Assembly (NCBI GenBank): GCA_963675295.2
Contig: CAXXKJ010000002.1
Coordinates: 3,168,001-3,232,000 of the forward strand
DNA from: a bacterium
Lineage (GTDB): Bacteria > Electryoneota > Electryoneia > Electryoneales > Electryoneaceae
DNA: 64,000 nt
Direction: 5' to 3'
Below are positions 20,326-29,280 of the stretch, one piece after another. The position numbers and the translations under genes are program-made. Position 1 is the first letter of the stretch, and each line of letters starts with the position of its first letter. The notes beneath the pieces were generated by a model. The model had not been told where the DNA came from. It saw only the letters and a program-made list of their open reading frames with translations, and made no database searches.

Positions 20326-21723
20326 GTGAAATCCGCCCAGTTCCGCATACCCTCCTCCGATCCCCTCGCCACTATCCTCGAAAGCCTCACAGAGGGGGTG
20401 ATGACGGTCGATCTCGACGATAACATCACCTCCTTCAACCGGGCAGCGGAAAAGATGACTGGCGTACCGCGCCACAACGTGTTCGGCCAACGGTGCAGCG
20501 ATGTGCTGCGCTCCAGCATCTGCGAGGCGAACTGTCCATTACGGGAAACCCTCGAGACCGGCGAACCGGTGATCGCACGCCGGGCGTACATCTTCAACGC
20601 CGCCGGGAAACGCATTCCGGTCAGCATCAGCGCGTCGCCACTGCGTAACCCCGATGGAAAACTGATCGGCGGAGTGGAAACCTTCCGTGACCTGAGCGTC
20701 GTCGAAGAATTGCGCAAGACGATCACCGTCGGCTACAGCTTCGAGGATATCATCAGCAAAAGTCCGTCGATGCGGAAGCTGTTCGACATCCTTCCGGCGA
20801 TCGCACGCAGCAACGCAGTCGTGATGATTGAGGGCGAGAGTGGTGTCGGCAAGGAACTGCTGGCGCGGGCGATCCACAACCTCGGGCCGAACAAGGACAA
20901 GCCGCTGGTCAACGTCAACTGCGGCGCACTGCCGGATTCTCTGCTCGAATCGGAACTGTTCGGCTACAAGGCCGGCGCGTTCACCGACGCCCGTAAGGAC
21001 AAACCGGGGCGTTTCGCCGTCGCGGCGGGCGGCACCATTTTCCTTGACGAAATTGGCGATATTTCGATGGCGATGCAGGTTCGGCTGCTTCGCGTGTTGC
21101 AGGAAAAGGTCTACACCCCACTCGGCGCGGTCCATGAGGAGCCGATGACCGCGCGGGTGATCGTCGCGACGCACCGTGACTTGGAAGCGCTGGTCGAACA
21201 GGAAAAATTCCGTCTCGACCTCTATTTCCGGATCAATGTGATGCGGCTGACCGTGCCACCGCTGCGTGACCGTCGCGAGGACATCCCGCTGCTGCTCGAC
21301 CACCTGATCCAGAAGTACAACCGGTTGTACGGGAAACGCATCGCAACCGTCTCAGCAGATGTCCTCACTCTGCTGATGCACCACGATTTCCCCGGCAATG
21401 TGCGCGAGTTGGAAAACCTGATCGAACACGCGTTCATCCTCTGCACCGGCCTCGTCATCAACACCGAACACCTGCCTTTACGCTTCATCGAACAGGTCGC
21501 GCCTGACCAGGCGGCGATCCCGCAACCGCCGGAATCGTTCGAGGATGTGGAACGGAAGCACCTGATCAGCACGCTTGAGAAGTACAAGTGGCATCGTGAC
21601 CGTACCGCCCGGGCACTGGGGATTCACAAGGCGACGCTATTCCGCAAAATCAAAAAGCTGGAGATCGAACTGCCGGAGCAGGATGGCCGCTCCAACCCTG
21701 CTGCTACCGTCGCAAAACCGTAA
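20326..21723 (+). CDS. PAS-domain sigma54 enhancer-binding protein
   Basis: PAS with C-x8-C-x3-C; GESGVGKE; GAFTDA; FPGNVREL; Fis HTH; AGGAG RBS before GTG. Confidence 0.92.
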   Translation: MKSAQFRIPSSDPLATILESLTEGVMTVDLDDNITSFNRAAEKMTGVPRHNVFGQRCSDVLRSSICEANCPLRETLETGEPVIARRAYIFNAAGKRIPVSISASPLRNPDGKLIGGVETFRDLSVVEELRKTITVGYSFEDIISKSPSMRKLFDILPAIARSNAVVMIEGESGVGKELLARAIHNLGPNKDKPLVNVNCGALPDSLLESELFGYKAGAFTDARKDKPGRFAVAAGGTIFLDEIGDISMAMQVRLLRVLQEKVYTPLGAVHEEPMTARVIVATHRDLEALVEQEKFRLDLYFRINVMRLTVPPLRDRREDIPLLLDHLIQKYNRLYGKRIATVSADVLTLLMHHDFPGNVRELENLIEHAFILCTGLVINTEHLPLRFIEQVAPDQAAIPQPPESFEDVERKHLISTLEKYKWHRDRTARALGIHKATLFRKIKKLEIELPEQDGRSNPAATVAKP

Positions 21724-21738
21724 GCATTACCCGCATCG

Positions 21739-21943
21739 AGCGTCGCGATTCCGCGACGCTAGGCACCGTTTTCTCCCATGACCGAGCCATCATAAGCCCA
21801 CGCGAGAGACCTCCGCCCGGCTCCGGTTCAGTTTACCGGAACTCCTTCCTGCCAGCAAGGATCCCCTTGTCTTCTCCCGACGATGGATCGGCGCTCAACC
21901 CATCTCCTCCCCGTCTCCCGGCTACTTCGGCCTCTGAATTGCC
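21739..21943 (+). promoter_or_regulatory. Putative enhancer palindrome and sigma54 promoter
   Basis: AGCGTCGCG-attc-CGCGACGCT at 21739-21760; cGG-CCTCTGAATT-GC (GG-N10-GC) at 21929-21942. Confidence 0.6.
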
Positions 21944-21971
21944 TGATGCGTGACAGCACGCAGGAGGCACG

Positions 21972-22340
21972 ATGCGGATTGCAATTTCAGAATGGAATGA
22001 GATGATCAGCCCGGTGTTTGACGAGACCGGCACGGTGCGTCTTGTCAACCTCGACACCGGTGAGATCCAGCGGTTGCCGTTGTCCGGCCTGGCCGTCGGT
22101 GCCCGCGCGGAAGTGTTGCGCGATGCTGGAGTCAGCGATCTGCTCTGCGGCGCGATTTCGCCGTTCGCGTTGAAGGTGCTGACGATGAGTGGCGTGCGGG
22201 TTCATGCATGGCTGCATGGTCCGATCGATCGTGCGTTGCAGGCGTTCACGGATGGTGATCTGGACGATCCACGGTTCACGATGCCCGGCTGCCAGGCGTT
22301 ACGCGACAATCCGGACCAGGGTTTGGCGGACGAGACATGA
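21972..22340 (+). CDS. NifB/NifX (dinitrogenase FeMo-cofactor-binding) family protein
   Basis: RIAIS...ISPVFD...LLCGAIS...F.MPGC. Confidence 0.8.
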   Translation: MRIAISEWNEMISPVFDETGTVRLVNLDTGEIQRLPLSGLAVGARAEVLRDAGVSDLLCGAISPFALKVLTMSGVRVHAWLHGPIDRALQAFTDGDLDDPRFTMPGCQALRDNPDQGLADET

Positions 22341-22401
22341 TACCGGGATCGGTATCCCAAGGCCGCGTTCGGGATTGCTTCGGGCGCGACGGAGATCGGC
22401 G

Positions 22402-24219
22402 ATGAGTACGTTTTCTGACCACCGTGAAAAAGTGCAGGGCGGGTCGCGGTCCCGGGCCAATGGCGCGGCAGGAAACGGGCTGCAACGCACTGAGACTTAC
22501 TACCGCCACCTGCTGAAGACGACGTTATTGCGTCTGCTGCTGATGTATTTCGTACCGCTGTTATTGTTGGCGGGCTTCTTTCACCTGCAGCAGTTGAAGC
22601 TGATGCGGGAGTCGCGTCGCGCCCACCTGCAATCCATCGCCGAGCACCAGGCGTACATGCTCGACCTGTTCCTCCGCGAACGGATCGTCAACCTCGAGAA
22701 CGTGATCGACGACCCCCGTCTGCCGGTACCACCCTCGAATGAGGTGATGGAGCGTCGGCTGGCCGAGTTGCGCAAGACCAGCGACACGTTCGTCGACCTC
22801 GGCTGGTTCAGCACCAGCGGCGATCTGCTCGCGTACGCCGGCCCGCACCCGGATCTCGAGTCCCGCAACTACGGTAAGGAAGCGTGGTTTCTCGAGTTAC
22901 GCGGGTCGGCGGAACAGGTTGTGATCACCGATACCTACATGGGGTTCCGCGAACAGCCGCATTTTACCATCGCGGTGAATCGCATCATTGACGGTCGCTA
23001 CGTCGTGCTGCGGGCAGTGCTGTCGCCGGAACGGATGCGTGAATACCTGACCACGTTGCAGCACAACGAACAGATTGTCACCTCGCTATTGAGCAAGGAT
23101 GGTTCGGTGCAGGTCGTCGCCGGACGCGAGGATCCTGGCCCGGCGCATTCGACCATCGTGCCGCCTCGGGATCCGTGGATCGGCACTGGCGAGCTGCGAG
23201 AGAACGGCTCCAGAACCGCGTACGCGTATGCCTGGTTGCGCGCGACGCCGTGGGCGCTGCTGGTCGAGGGTGAGGATGTCGTTGTGCCGACTGCGTTACT
23301 CGGCGGTGCGTACTCGGCGTTGATGGCACTGATTGGCGCGATCCTGGTGATTGAGTTTCTGGTGATTGTCTACCGGGCACGGGTGGTTGTGCGCAAGCAA
23401 CGGCGCACCGACGAACAGTCGGCGGAGCTGTCCGGCCAGCTGGTTCACGCGGCGAAACTGGCGACGGTCGGGGAGCTTGCAGCGGGCATCGCGCACGAGA
23501 TCAACAACCCGTTGGCGATCATCGCTGAGGAAACCGGGCTGGTTCGTGACCTGATGGACCCGCAGTTTGGCCGCAGCCTGAGCCCGGAACAGCTTAACGA
23601 GCACCTCGACATCATCCACCAGGCGACGTTCCGTTGCCGCGACATCACCCGCAAGTTACTCGGATTCGTGCGGCAGGAGAGCGTCAACCTCGGCGACTAT
23701 GACGTCCGGCAGATCCTCGACAACGTGGTAGACGGTTTGCTCGGACGGGAGTTCGAACTGTCCGGAATCCGTGTTGTCAAGGATTACAGCCCCCATGTCC
23801 CGGAGATCACCACCGATCGTCACCTGCTCGAGCAGGTCTTCCTCAACCTCGTGAAGAATGCCCACGACGCGATGGACGGTTCCGGCACGCTGACCCTGCA
23901 TGTAAGCGCAACGCCGGTGTGTTTGTCCATTTCGGTCAGCGACACCGGGTCCGGCATTCCGCCTGAGCTGCTCGAAAAGATCTTCATGCCGTTTTATACG
24001 ACGAAGGAAGTCGGTAAGGGGACAGGACTTGGCCTGTCGGTCAGCTTCGGCATCATCAAGAGTTTGCAGGGAAATATCTACGTCGACAGCAAACCGGGAG
24101 TCGGCAGCATGTTCACCGTCGAACTGCCGGTAGCCTGGAAATCGTCCCCCCGCGCGTCAGATGCGGGAGTGTGGCAGATGCGGGGCAAAGCCGTTGTTAC
24201 CGAAGGAGGGCAGTCGTGA
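22402..24219 (+). CDS. Sensor histidine kinase (Cache-type)
   Basis: TM-Cache-TM; HEINNPL; GTGLGL. Confidence 0.92.
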   Translation: MSTFSDHREKVQGGSRSRANGAAGNGLQRTETYYRHLLKTTLLRLLLMYFVPLLLLAGFFHLQQLKLMRESRRAHLQSIAEHQAYMLDLFLRERIVNLENVIDDPRLPVPPSNEVMERRLAELRKTSDTFVDLGWFSTSGDLLAYAGPHPDLESRNYGKEAWFLELRGSAEQVVITDTYMGFREQPHFTIAVNRIIDGRYVVLRAVLSPERMREYLTTLQHNEQIVTSLLSKDGSVQVVAGREDPGPAHSTIVPPRDPWIGTGELRENGSRTAYAYAWLRATPWALLVEGEDVVVPTALLGGAYSALMALIGAILVIEFLVIVYRARVVVRKQRRTDEQSAELSGQLVHAAKLATVGELAAGIAHEINNPLAIIAEETGLVRDLMDPQFGRSLSPEQLNEHLDIIHQATFRCRDITRKLLGFVRQESVNLGDYDVRQILDNVVDGLLGREFELSGIRVVKDYSPHVPEITTDRHLLEQVFLNLVKNAHDAMDGSGTLTLHVSATPVCLSISVSDTGSGIPPELLEKIFMPFYTTKEVGKGTGLGLSVSFGIIKSLQGNIYVDSKPGVGSMFTVELPVAWKSSPRASDAGVWQMRGKAVVTEGGQS

Positions 24220-24779
24220 CCCAGGCACTGAAGCGGGTACGGGATCTGATGATCTCGTTGGAACAATACGCCATCGTCGAGGAACAGGCGACGCTACTGG
24301 ACGCCCTGTATGCGCTGGACCGGGCGCAGTCCCATGTGCGTAACAACGGCCATCAGCATCGTGCGGTGCTGGTGCGCAGCCATGGTGGACGCATCGTCGG
24401 CAAGATCGGCCACCTCGCGTTCCTGCGGGCGTTGCGGACGGTGCATGACGACCCGCGCGGCGAAGACCGGTTGCGGCGGGCTGGAGTCGATCAGGAGATG
24501 ATCCGCCGCTCGGAAGGGTTCTACCGGCTGCTCAGCGAGGATGTCACCGACCTGTGTGGCAAGGCGCGCACGATCAAGGCGCGTGAGGCGATGCGTCCGG
24601 TCAGCGAGCGGATTGGTGTCGACGAAAGCCTGATGGATGCATTGGACGCCTTCGAGCGTTGGCAGACCCTGTCGCTGCTTGTCACCGACAACGGCAGCGC
24701 GGTTGGAATTTTACGCGCGGTTGACCTGTTTGACGAAATCGCCACGACGATGAAACGCTGTGCTCAGGGGGAGAAGTGA
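24216..24779 (+). CDS. CBS-domain protein
   Basis: VRDLMISLEQYAIV...HRAVLV...VGILRAVDLF; GTGA coupling to the kinase. Confidence 0.8.
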   Translation: MTQALKRVRDLMISLEQYAIVEEQATLLDALYALDRAQSHVRNNGHQHRAVLVRSHGGRIVGKIGHLAFLRALRTVHDDPRGEDRLRRAGVDQEMIRRSEGFYRLLSEDVTDLCGKARTIKAREAMRPVSERIGVDESLMDALDAFERWQTLSLLVTDNGSAVGILRAVDLFDEIATTMKRCAQGEK

Positions 24780-24783
24780 GCTG

Positions 24784-26844
24784 ATGTCGCGAATCCTGCT
24801 GGTAGACGATGAGGAACGGTTCCGGCAATCGCTGTCGGAACGGTTGGAATTGCGCGGGTATGAGACGGTCGGTGCGTCCAACGGCGAGGATGCAATCAAG
24901 CACATCCGCGCCAACCGTGACATCGAAGTGGTCGTGCTCGACAGGAAGATGCCCGGCATGAGCGGCGAACAGACGCTCAAGGAAATGAAGGAATTCCGTC
25001 CGGAGTTGCAGGTCGTCATCCTTACCGGGCATGGCGACCTGGAGTCGGCCAAAGAGGCTGGGAAGCTGGACGCGTTCAACTACCTCAGCAAGCCGGTTGA
25101 TCTGGATCAGCTGATCACGATCATCGAAGCCGCGCGCGAGGAGAAAACATACGCAGCTGCGCGCTATGAGGTCCCCGCCATAGAACGTGGATCGGCGTGG
25201 AAGTGGCTGCTCGGGTCACACAATTCCCGGCCGCTGTTCATCATCGCCGGGCTGCTGATCTTTACCGTGCTGGCAATGATGCCGGTGCCGCAACGATTGG
25301 TCACCTTGGTCAGCACGCCGAAAGCTCCGGCGGGTTCGGACATCACGGTGGACGCCGACATCCAGGGCTACGCCGACTACCGCAAAATGAAACCGGGCGC
25401 GACGGTTGCCGATTTCTACAGCGAAAAAAATGACATGATGCGGGAGGTCGTTGCGGACGACGGGTCGCACGGCAAAGCCCCGATGCTGCCCGAGCAGACC
25501 GCCCGCCGTGCGTTGATCATGCTTGCGCTGATCGTGCTGGCGGCGCTGTTCTGGGCGTCCGGGGCGGCACCGGTGGGTGTGACCGCGTTGCTGGTCGGTG
25601 TGGTGATGTACATCGGCGACATCCTCCCACCTGACCGTATCGCGCAGGCCTTCGCGAAGGACGCCGTCATCTTCATTTTCGGCGTGCTGGCGTTGTCGAA
25701 AGCTATCACCAAGACCGGGCTTGATCGTCGCATCGGTCTGTTCCTGCTCGCCCCTGCCAAAAACCTGACGCTGCTTCTGCTGCTGTTCCTGCCGATGCTG
25801 TCGGTGACCTGCTCGTTCGTCAGCGAACACGCGCTGGTCGCGTTCACGATGCCGTTGTTCGTGATGGTTTACGGCAACACGATGCGTACGCTGAACATCA
25901 AACGCGACCGGTCGTTGATGGTGATGTTCGCGCTCGCCCTCTGTTACGCCGCCAACTCCGGCGGGCCGGGATCTCCGGCGGCGGGCGGACGTAACGCGAT
26001 CATGGTCGGTATCCTCGCCGACTACGGCATCGCACCCAGTTTCAGCGAGTGGGTGACCTACGGCCTGCCGCTGGTGCCGGTGATGTCGTTCTGCGTCGGA
26101 CTGTATTTCTGGCTCACGTTGCGCCGGAAAACGCAGGTGAAAACGTTGAACGTGAACAGCATCGTCCGGCGCGCGTCGGAAAAAATCGGCCCGATGACGC
26201 GCGAGGAATATGTCACCTTGTTCGTGCTGCTCGGCGTGATCGTGTTGTGGGTGACCATGTCCGACAAGCTGGGTATGGGCGGGCCGGTCATCTTCGGATT
26301 GGTCGTGCTCAACCTGTTGCGGGTGCTGAGCTGGCGTGATATCGCGGGGATCCACTGGGAAGTGGTGTTCCTGTACGCATCCGCCAGCGCCATCGGGAAG
26401 GGACTGGCGGTCACCGGTGGTGCGCTGTTCATGGCGGACGGTTTCGTCAGCATCCTGCCGGACATGATGCGTTCCGGGGTCGGGCTGGCGGTCGCGACCA
26501 GCATTTTTACGGGCACGGTCACCAATTTCATGAGTGACGGCGCAACGGTCGCCGCGATCGGGCCGATCACGGTTCCGATGGCGACCATCGCCGGGATCCA
26601 CCCGTGGATGGTCGGTTTTGCGACGGCGTACGCGTCTTCGTTTGCGCACATGCTGATCATCGGGACACCGTCCAACGCGCTGGCGTTCGCGTTGGCGAAA
26701 GACCCGGTCACCGGCGAACAGCTGGTTACGCTCGGCGATTTCCTCAAGCACGGCGCAGCGATCCTTGGCATCTCGTTTGTGGTGCTATGGCTGTGGGCGT
26801 TCTTCGGCTACTGGCAATGGATCGGCTTTCCGGCGGTTGGGTAG
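24784..26844 (+). CDS. Receiver domain fused to SLC13/DASS anion permease
   Basis: REC (ILLVDDE, VLDRKMPG, LSKP) continuous with DASS motifs GGPGSPAAGGRN, TNFMSDGA and IIGTPSNAL. Confidence 0.9.
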   Translation: MSRILLVDDEERFRQSLSERLELRGYETVGASNGEDAIKHIRANRDIEVVVLDRKMPGMSGEQTLKEMKEFRPELQVVILTGHGDLESAKEAGKLDAFNYLSKPVDLDQLITIIEAAREEKTYAAARYEVPAIERGSAWKWLLGSHNSRPLFIIAGLLIFTVLAMMPVPQRLVTLVSTPKAPAGSDITVDADIQGYADYRKMKPGATVADFYSEKNDMMREVVADDGSHGKAPMLPEQTARRALIMLALIVLAALFWASGAAPVGVTALLVGVVMYIGDILPPDRIAQAFAKDAVIFIFGVLALSKAITKTGLDRRIGLFLLAPAKNLTLLLLLFLPMLSVTCSFVSEHALVAFTMPLFVMVYGNTMRTLNIKRDRSLMVMFALALCYAANSGGPGSPAAGGRNAIMVGILADYGIAPSFSEWVTYGLPLVPVMSFCVGLYFWLTLRRKTQVKTLNVNSIVRRASEKIGPMTREEYVTLFVLLGVIVLWVTMSDKLGMGGPVIFGLVVLNLLRVLSWRDIAGIHWEVVFLYASASAIGKGLAVTGGALFMADGFVSILPDMMRSGVGLAVATSIFTGTVTNFMSDGATVAAIGPITVPMATIAGIHPWMVGFATAYASSFAHMLIIGTPSNALAFALAKDPVTGEQLVTLGDFLKHGAAILGISFVVLWLWAFFGYWQWIGFPAVG

Positions 26845-26965
26845 CAGCGGGCAATCCGGGAGGCGGCCCCGGGGAGTCGCGCGCAGGATGGCCCGGGTCG
26901 TCTTGCGACCCGGATATCAAGCAACAAACGGACCTGAGTCTGGACATCAGGAAGGATCATCGATC

Positions 26966-27505
26966 ATGACTACGCAGAACGACACACACAGCGGCGCGGC
27001 GCCGGACGAAACATGGTCGGGCACTCCGATCCGGCTGTTGATCATCGACGACGAGACCAGTTTCCTCAATGCCATCGCCCAGCGGTTGCAGATGCGCGGG
27101 TTTGACGTCACCACCGCCAGCAACGGCACCACCGCCATCGAGATCGCGCGCAAGCACAAGTTCGATCTTGCACTGCTCGATTTGAAGATGCCCGGCATGA
27201 GCGGCAAGCAGGTGCTGGAAGTGCTGAAGCAGGAGCACAAGTTCATTGAAGTGGTGATTCTGACCGGGCATGGCTCGCTGGACAGCGCGGTCGAATGCAC
27301 CAAGCTCGGCGCGTTCGGCTACCTGCCGAAACCGTACGAACTGGACAGTCTGCTCGACACGTTGAAGGATGCGTTCACCGCACGGATGAGGAAGAAATTC
27401 GAATCCGACCAGGATCGCATGGACGAGATCGTAAATCTCGCGACCGGCGAGAGCGCGCTCGGCATCCTACGCCGGCTGAAGGAGATGGACACGACCGAGA
27501 AATGA
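26966..27505 (+). CDS. Single-domain response regulator
   Basis: LLIIDDE, LLDLKMPG, YLPKP. Confidence 0.9.
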   Translation: MTTQNDTHSGAAPDETWSGTPIRLLIIDDETSFLNAIAQRLQMRGFDVTTASNGTTAIEIARKHKFDLALLDLKMPGMSGKQVLEVLKQEHKFIEVVILTGHGSLDSAVECTKLGAFGYLPKPYELDSLLDTLKDAFTARMRKKFESDQDRMDEIVNLATGESALGILRRLKEMDTTEK

Positions 27506-27583
27506 ATCAGGTGATGATGGCATCATTCGTAGTACCTGCCATCAGAAACAAGTACCGGTAGTGTTTTAACTAGTGTTTTTCCA

Positions 27584-27719
27584 TGGGGCACTCATGGGGC
27601 AGCGTCCCCAAGAAATCCCCGTAAATCACAATAACAAGAGGCAGGAGAGAACTGGCTATCTCGCAATTATTCCTATCGTTAGCGATTGTAGTATGTTGTG
27701 ATTATTGCAGTTCACAGAA
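27584..27719 (+). repeat. Conserved att arm, copy 2
   Basis: Colinear with 6446-6581; same 136-nt distance from the first TGGGGCAC to the anticodon loop. Confidence 0.9.
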
Positions 27720-27764
27720 CTACGGATCGGGAGGTTTGGGGTTCGAATCCCTACAGGCGTACCA
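27720..27764 (+). tRNA. 3' half only of tRNA-Arg(ACG) (att fragment)
   Basis: Loop CTACGGA, TCGGG, AGGTT, TGGGG-TTCGAAT-CCCTA, CAGGCGT-A-CCA; 5' half absent. Confidence 0.9.
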
Positions 27765-27771
27765 GAAATAG

Positions 27772-27809
27772 CAAGGGGTTACGGGAAACCGTAGCCCCTT
27801 GTTTTGTTT
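27772..27809 (+). terminator. Terminator after tRNA-Arg fragment
   Basis: CAAGGGGTTACGG-gaaa-CCGTAGCCCCTTG followed by a T-rich tail. Confidence 0.85.
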
Positions 27810-28146
27810 CCATGGGGCACTGAGGGGTCGTGTTCCAAACTACGAACGACAGTGCTGAATTGCCCCCAGGTGAATTCCCCGGTTATCTCGATTATTCCCG
27901 TTGTTATGGCTCATGTCGTACAGAAGGGATTGTGTCAATTTTGATCTCAGATTGAAAGGTTTTGGATTCTAAGTCCTTAGGCCTGCACCTGGTATGCACG
28001 GGATTTTGGGTAGTCATTTCCTCTTGCTTGCACCATCCTGTGAGATGAGTGGCAACAAATCTCTCATTTGCCTTTGACACACCCGTAACAGACAACCCGT
28101 ACTCTTCCCGATCATCATCACATGAACACCGCCCGTGGAGTACATC

Positions 28147-28842
28147 ATGGCTGTATCATCCGTTCGTCCAAGCCTGCTTCTCATTCTCATCATTGCCTTG
28201 AGCGCCTGTAGTTCCAACGCTGATAAAACAACTCAGACATCCAGAAATTCCGCAACCGTCCTTCCGATGATGCATACTTCACCGTACCGGGAGTTCGTGG
28301 ATGCATGGACGGGCTCGTTTGTCAGCGAGGTATCTCAATCGTCGCAACCGGGCCGTTGGTTGGAAACGCGCCGTATCATGGCCGACAGCACCAATGGATA
28401 CTACCTCTATTACGAAGAGGGGATCACCAGAGACGATCGGCAGGGACGGGTCACCACTCGTCAGCGGGTGTACCGTTTTGTTCAGCCAGATGACACTACC
28501 CTGTGGGCAGGAGTATTCGTTTTCCGGCAACCGGAGCGTTTCACGGGATCATGGAACAATCCCGCACGGCTGGCAACGATTGAGCTGGACACGTTGTTCT
28601 ATTTGCGCGGCTGCCATCTCAGCTTCAAGCAGACTGGCACTGACCGTTTTGAAGGCCATTCGATCGGGGATACCTGCCCCTGCGACAGCAACAGCCAGGC
28701 CGATTACCTCTCGAGCCGGTTTGTACTGACGCCGACATCTCTGCTCCGAATGGACAGCGAAAAGATGCGGGTGGGCGGAGCAGCACTGAGCACACAGAGC
28801 TACAACTACGTTCGCAAGGGTACCGATTTCGCGTCTCGCTGA
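28147..28842 (+). CDS. CpcT/CpeT-like (chromophore lyase fold) lipoprotein
   Basis: Lipobox LSAC; WTGSF...YLYYEE...RQRVYRF...LRGC...G..CP pattern. Confidence 0.6.
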   Translation: MAVSSVRPSLLLILIIALSACSSNADKTTQTSRNSATVLPMMHTSPYREFVDAWTGSFVSEVSQSSQPGRWLETRRIMADSTNGYYLYYEEGITRDDRQGRVTTRQRVYRFVQPDDTTLWAGVFVFRQPERFTGSWNNPARLATIELDTLFYLRGCHLSFKQTGTDRFEGHSIGDTCPCDSNSQADYLSSRFVLTPTSLLRMDSEKMRVGGAALSTQSYNYVRKGTDFASR

Positions 28843-29280
28843 GGAAAGCAGGGAGCCCACGCGACGGAGCCCGAAAACTGTTAGTTCTTGATGGTGATAC
28901 GGTTAGCCGTTGAAATCAACGAGGTCGATTGCTTCGAGAACAGTTATCCACACGGCTGCAAAGTCGCGTCACAAGTAACGTTCAGCCTTTCAGGTTAGTT
29001 AGGTTATTCTAACTATTATTGAAAAGTTAAATTCTCCTCAAAGACACAAGTAATGATACGATCATCAGGTTAAACAAAGGCTGAACAGTTTGAGTAAACC
29101 ACACTAACATTCCAAAATTCCGGAGAGCATTCCGGGATTTATGAAACTCTAACAGGATTCATTTCCACAGCTCATACTCGCATGATAACCTCTCCCCGCG
29201 CCTTGAATACACCGTAGTACCGTACAAAACAGTTTTAAAACACTCATCGAGTGCCAACAGGCAACTCTCTGGAGGGAGAT

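Larger units (their letters stand above)
6666..27764 (+). mobile_element. Module B: integrase-less sulfate sensing/uptake island ending in tRNA-Arg(ACG) att site
   Basis: Co-oriented gene block bounded by two arm+tRNA-half sites. Left boundary inferred. Confidence 0.55.

Noticed and set aside
21972-22340. Nitrogen fixation gene
   Set aside because: The NifB/NifX-like domain is widespread outside nif clusters, and no nifHDK is present.
27904-28217. Small ORFs or integrase remnant after the middle att site
   Set aside because: They are short, with no RBS or motif support, and I could not see tyrosine recombinase motifs.
28944-28952. Perfect DnaA box TTATCCACA beside AT-rich DNA (oriC?)
   Set aside because: It is a single box with no cluster and no dnaA/dnaN context, inside an accessory module.
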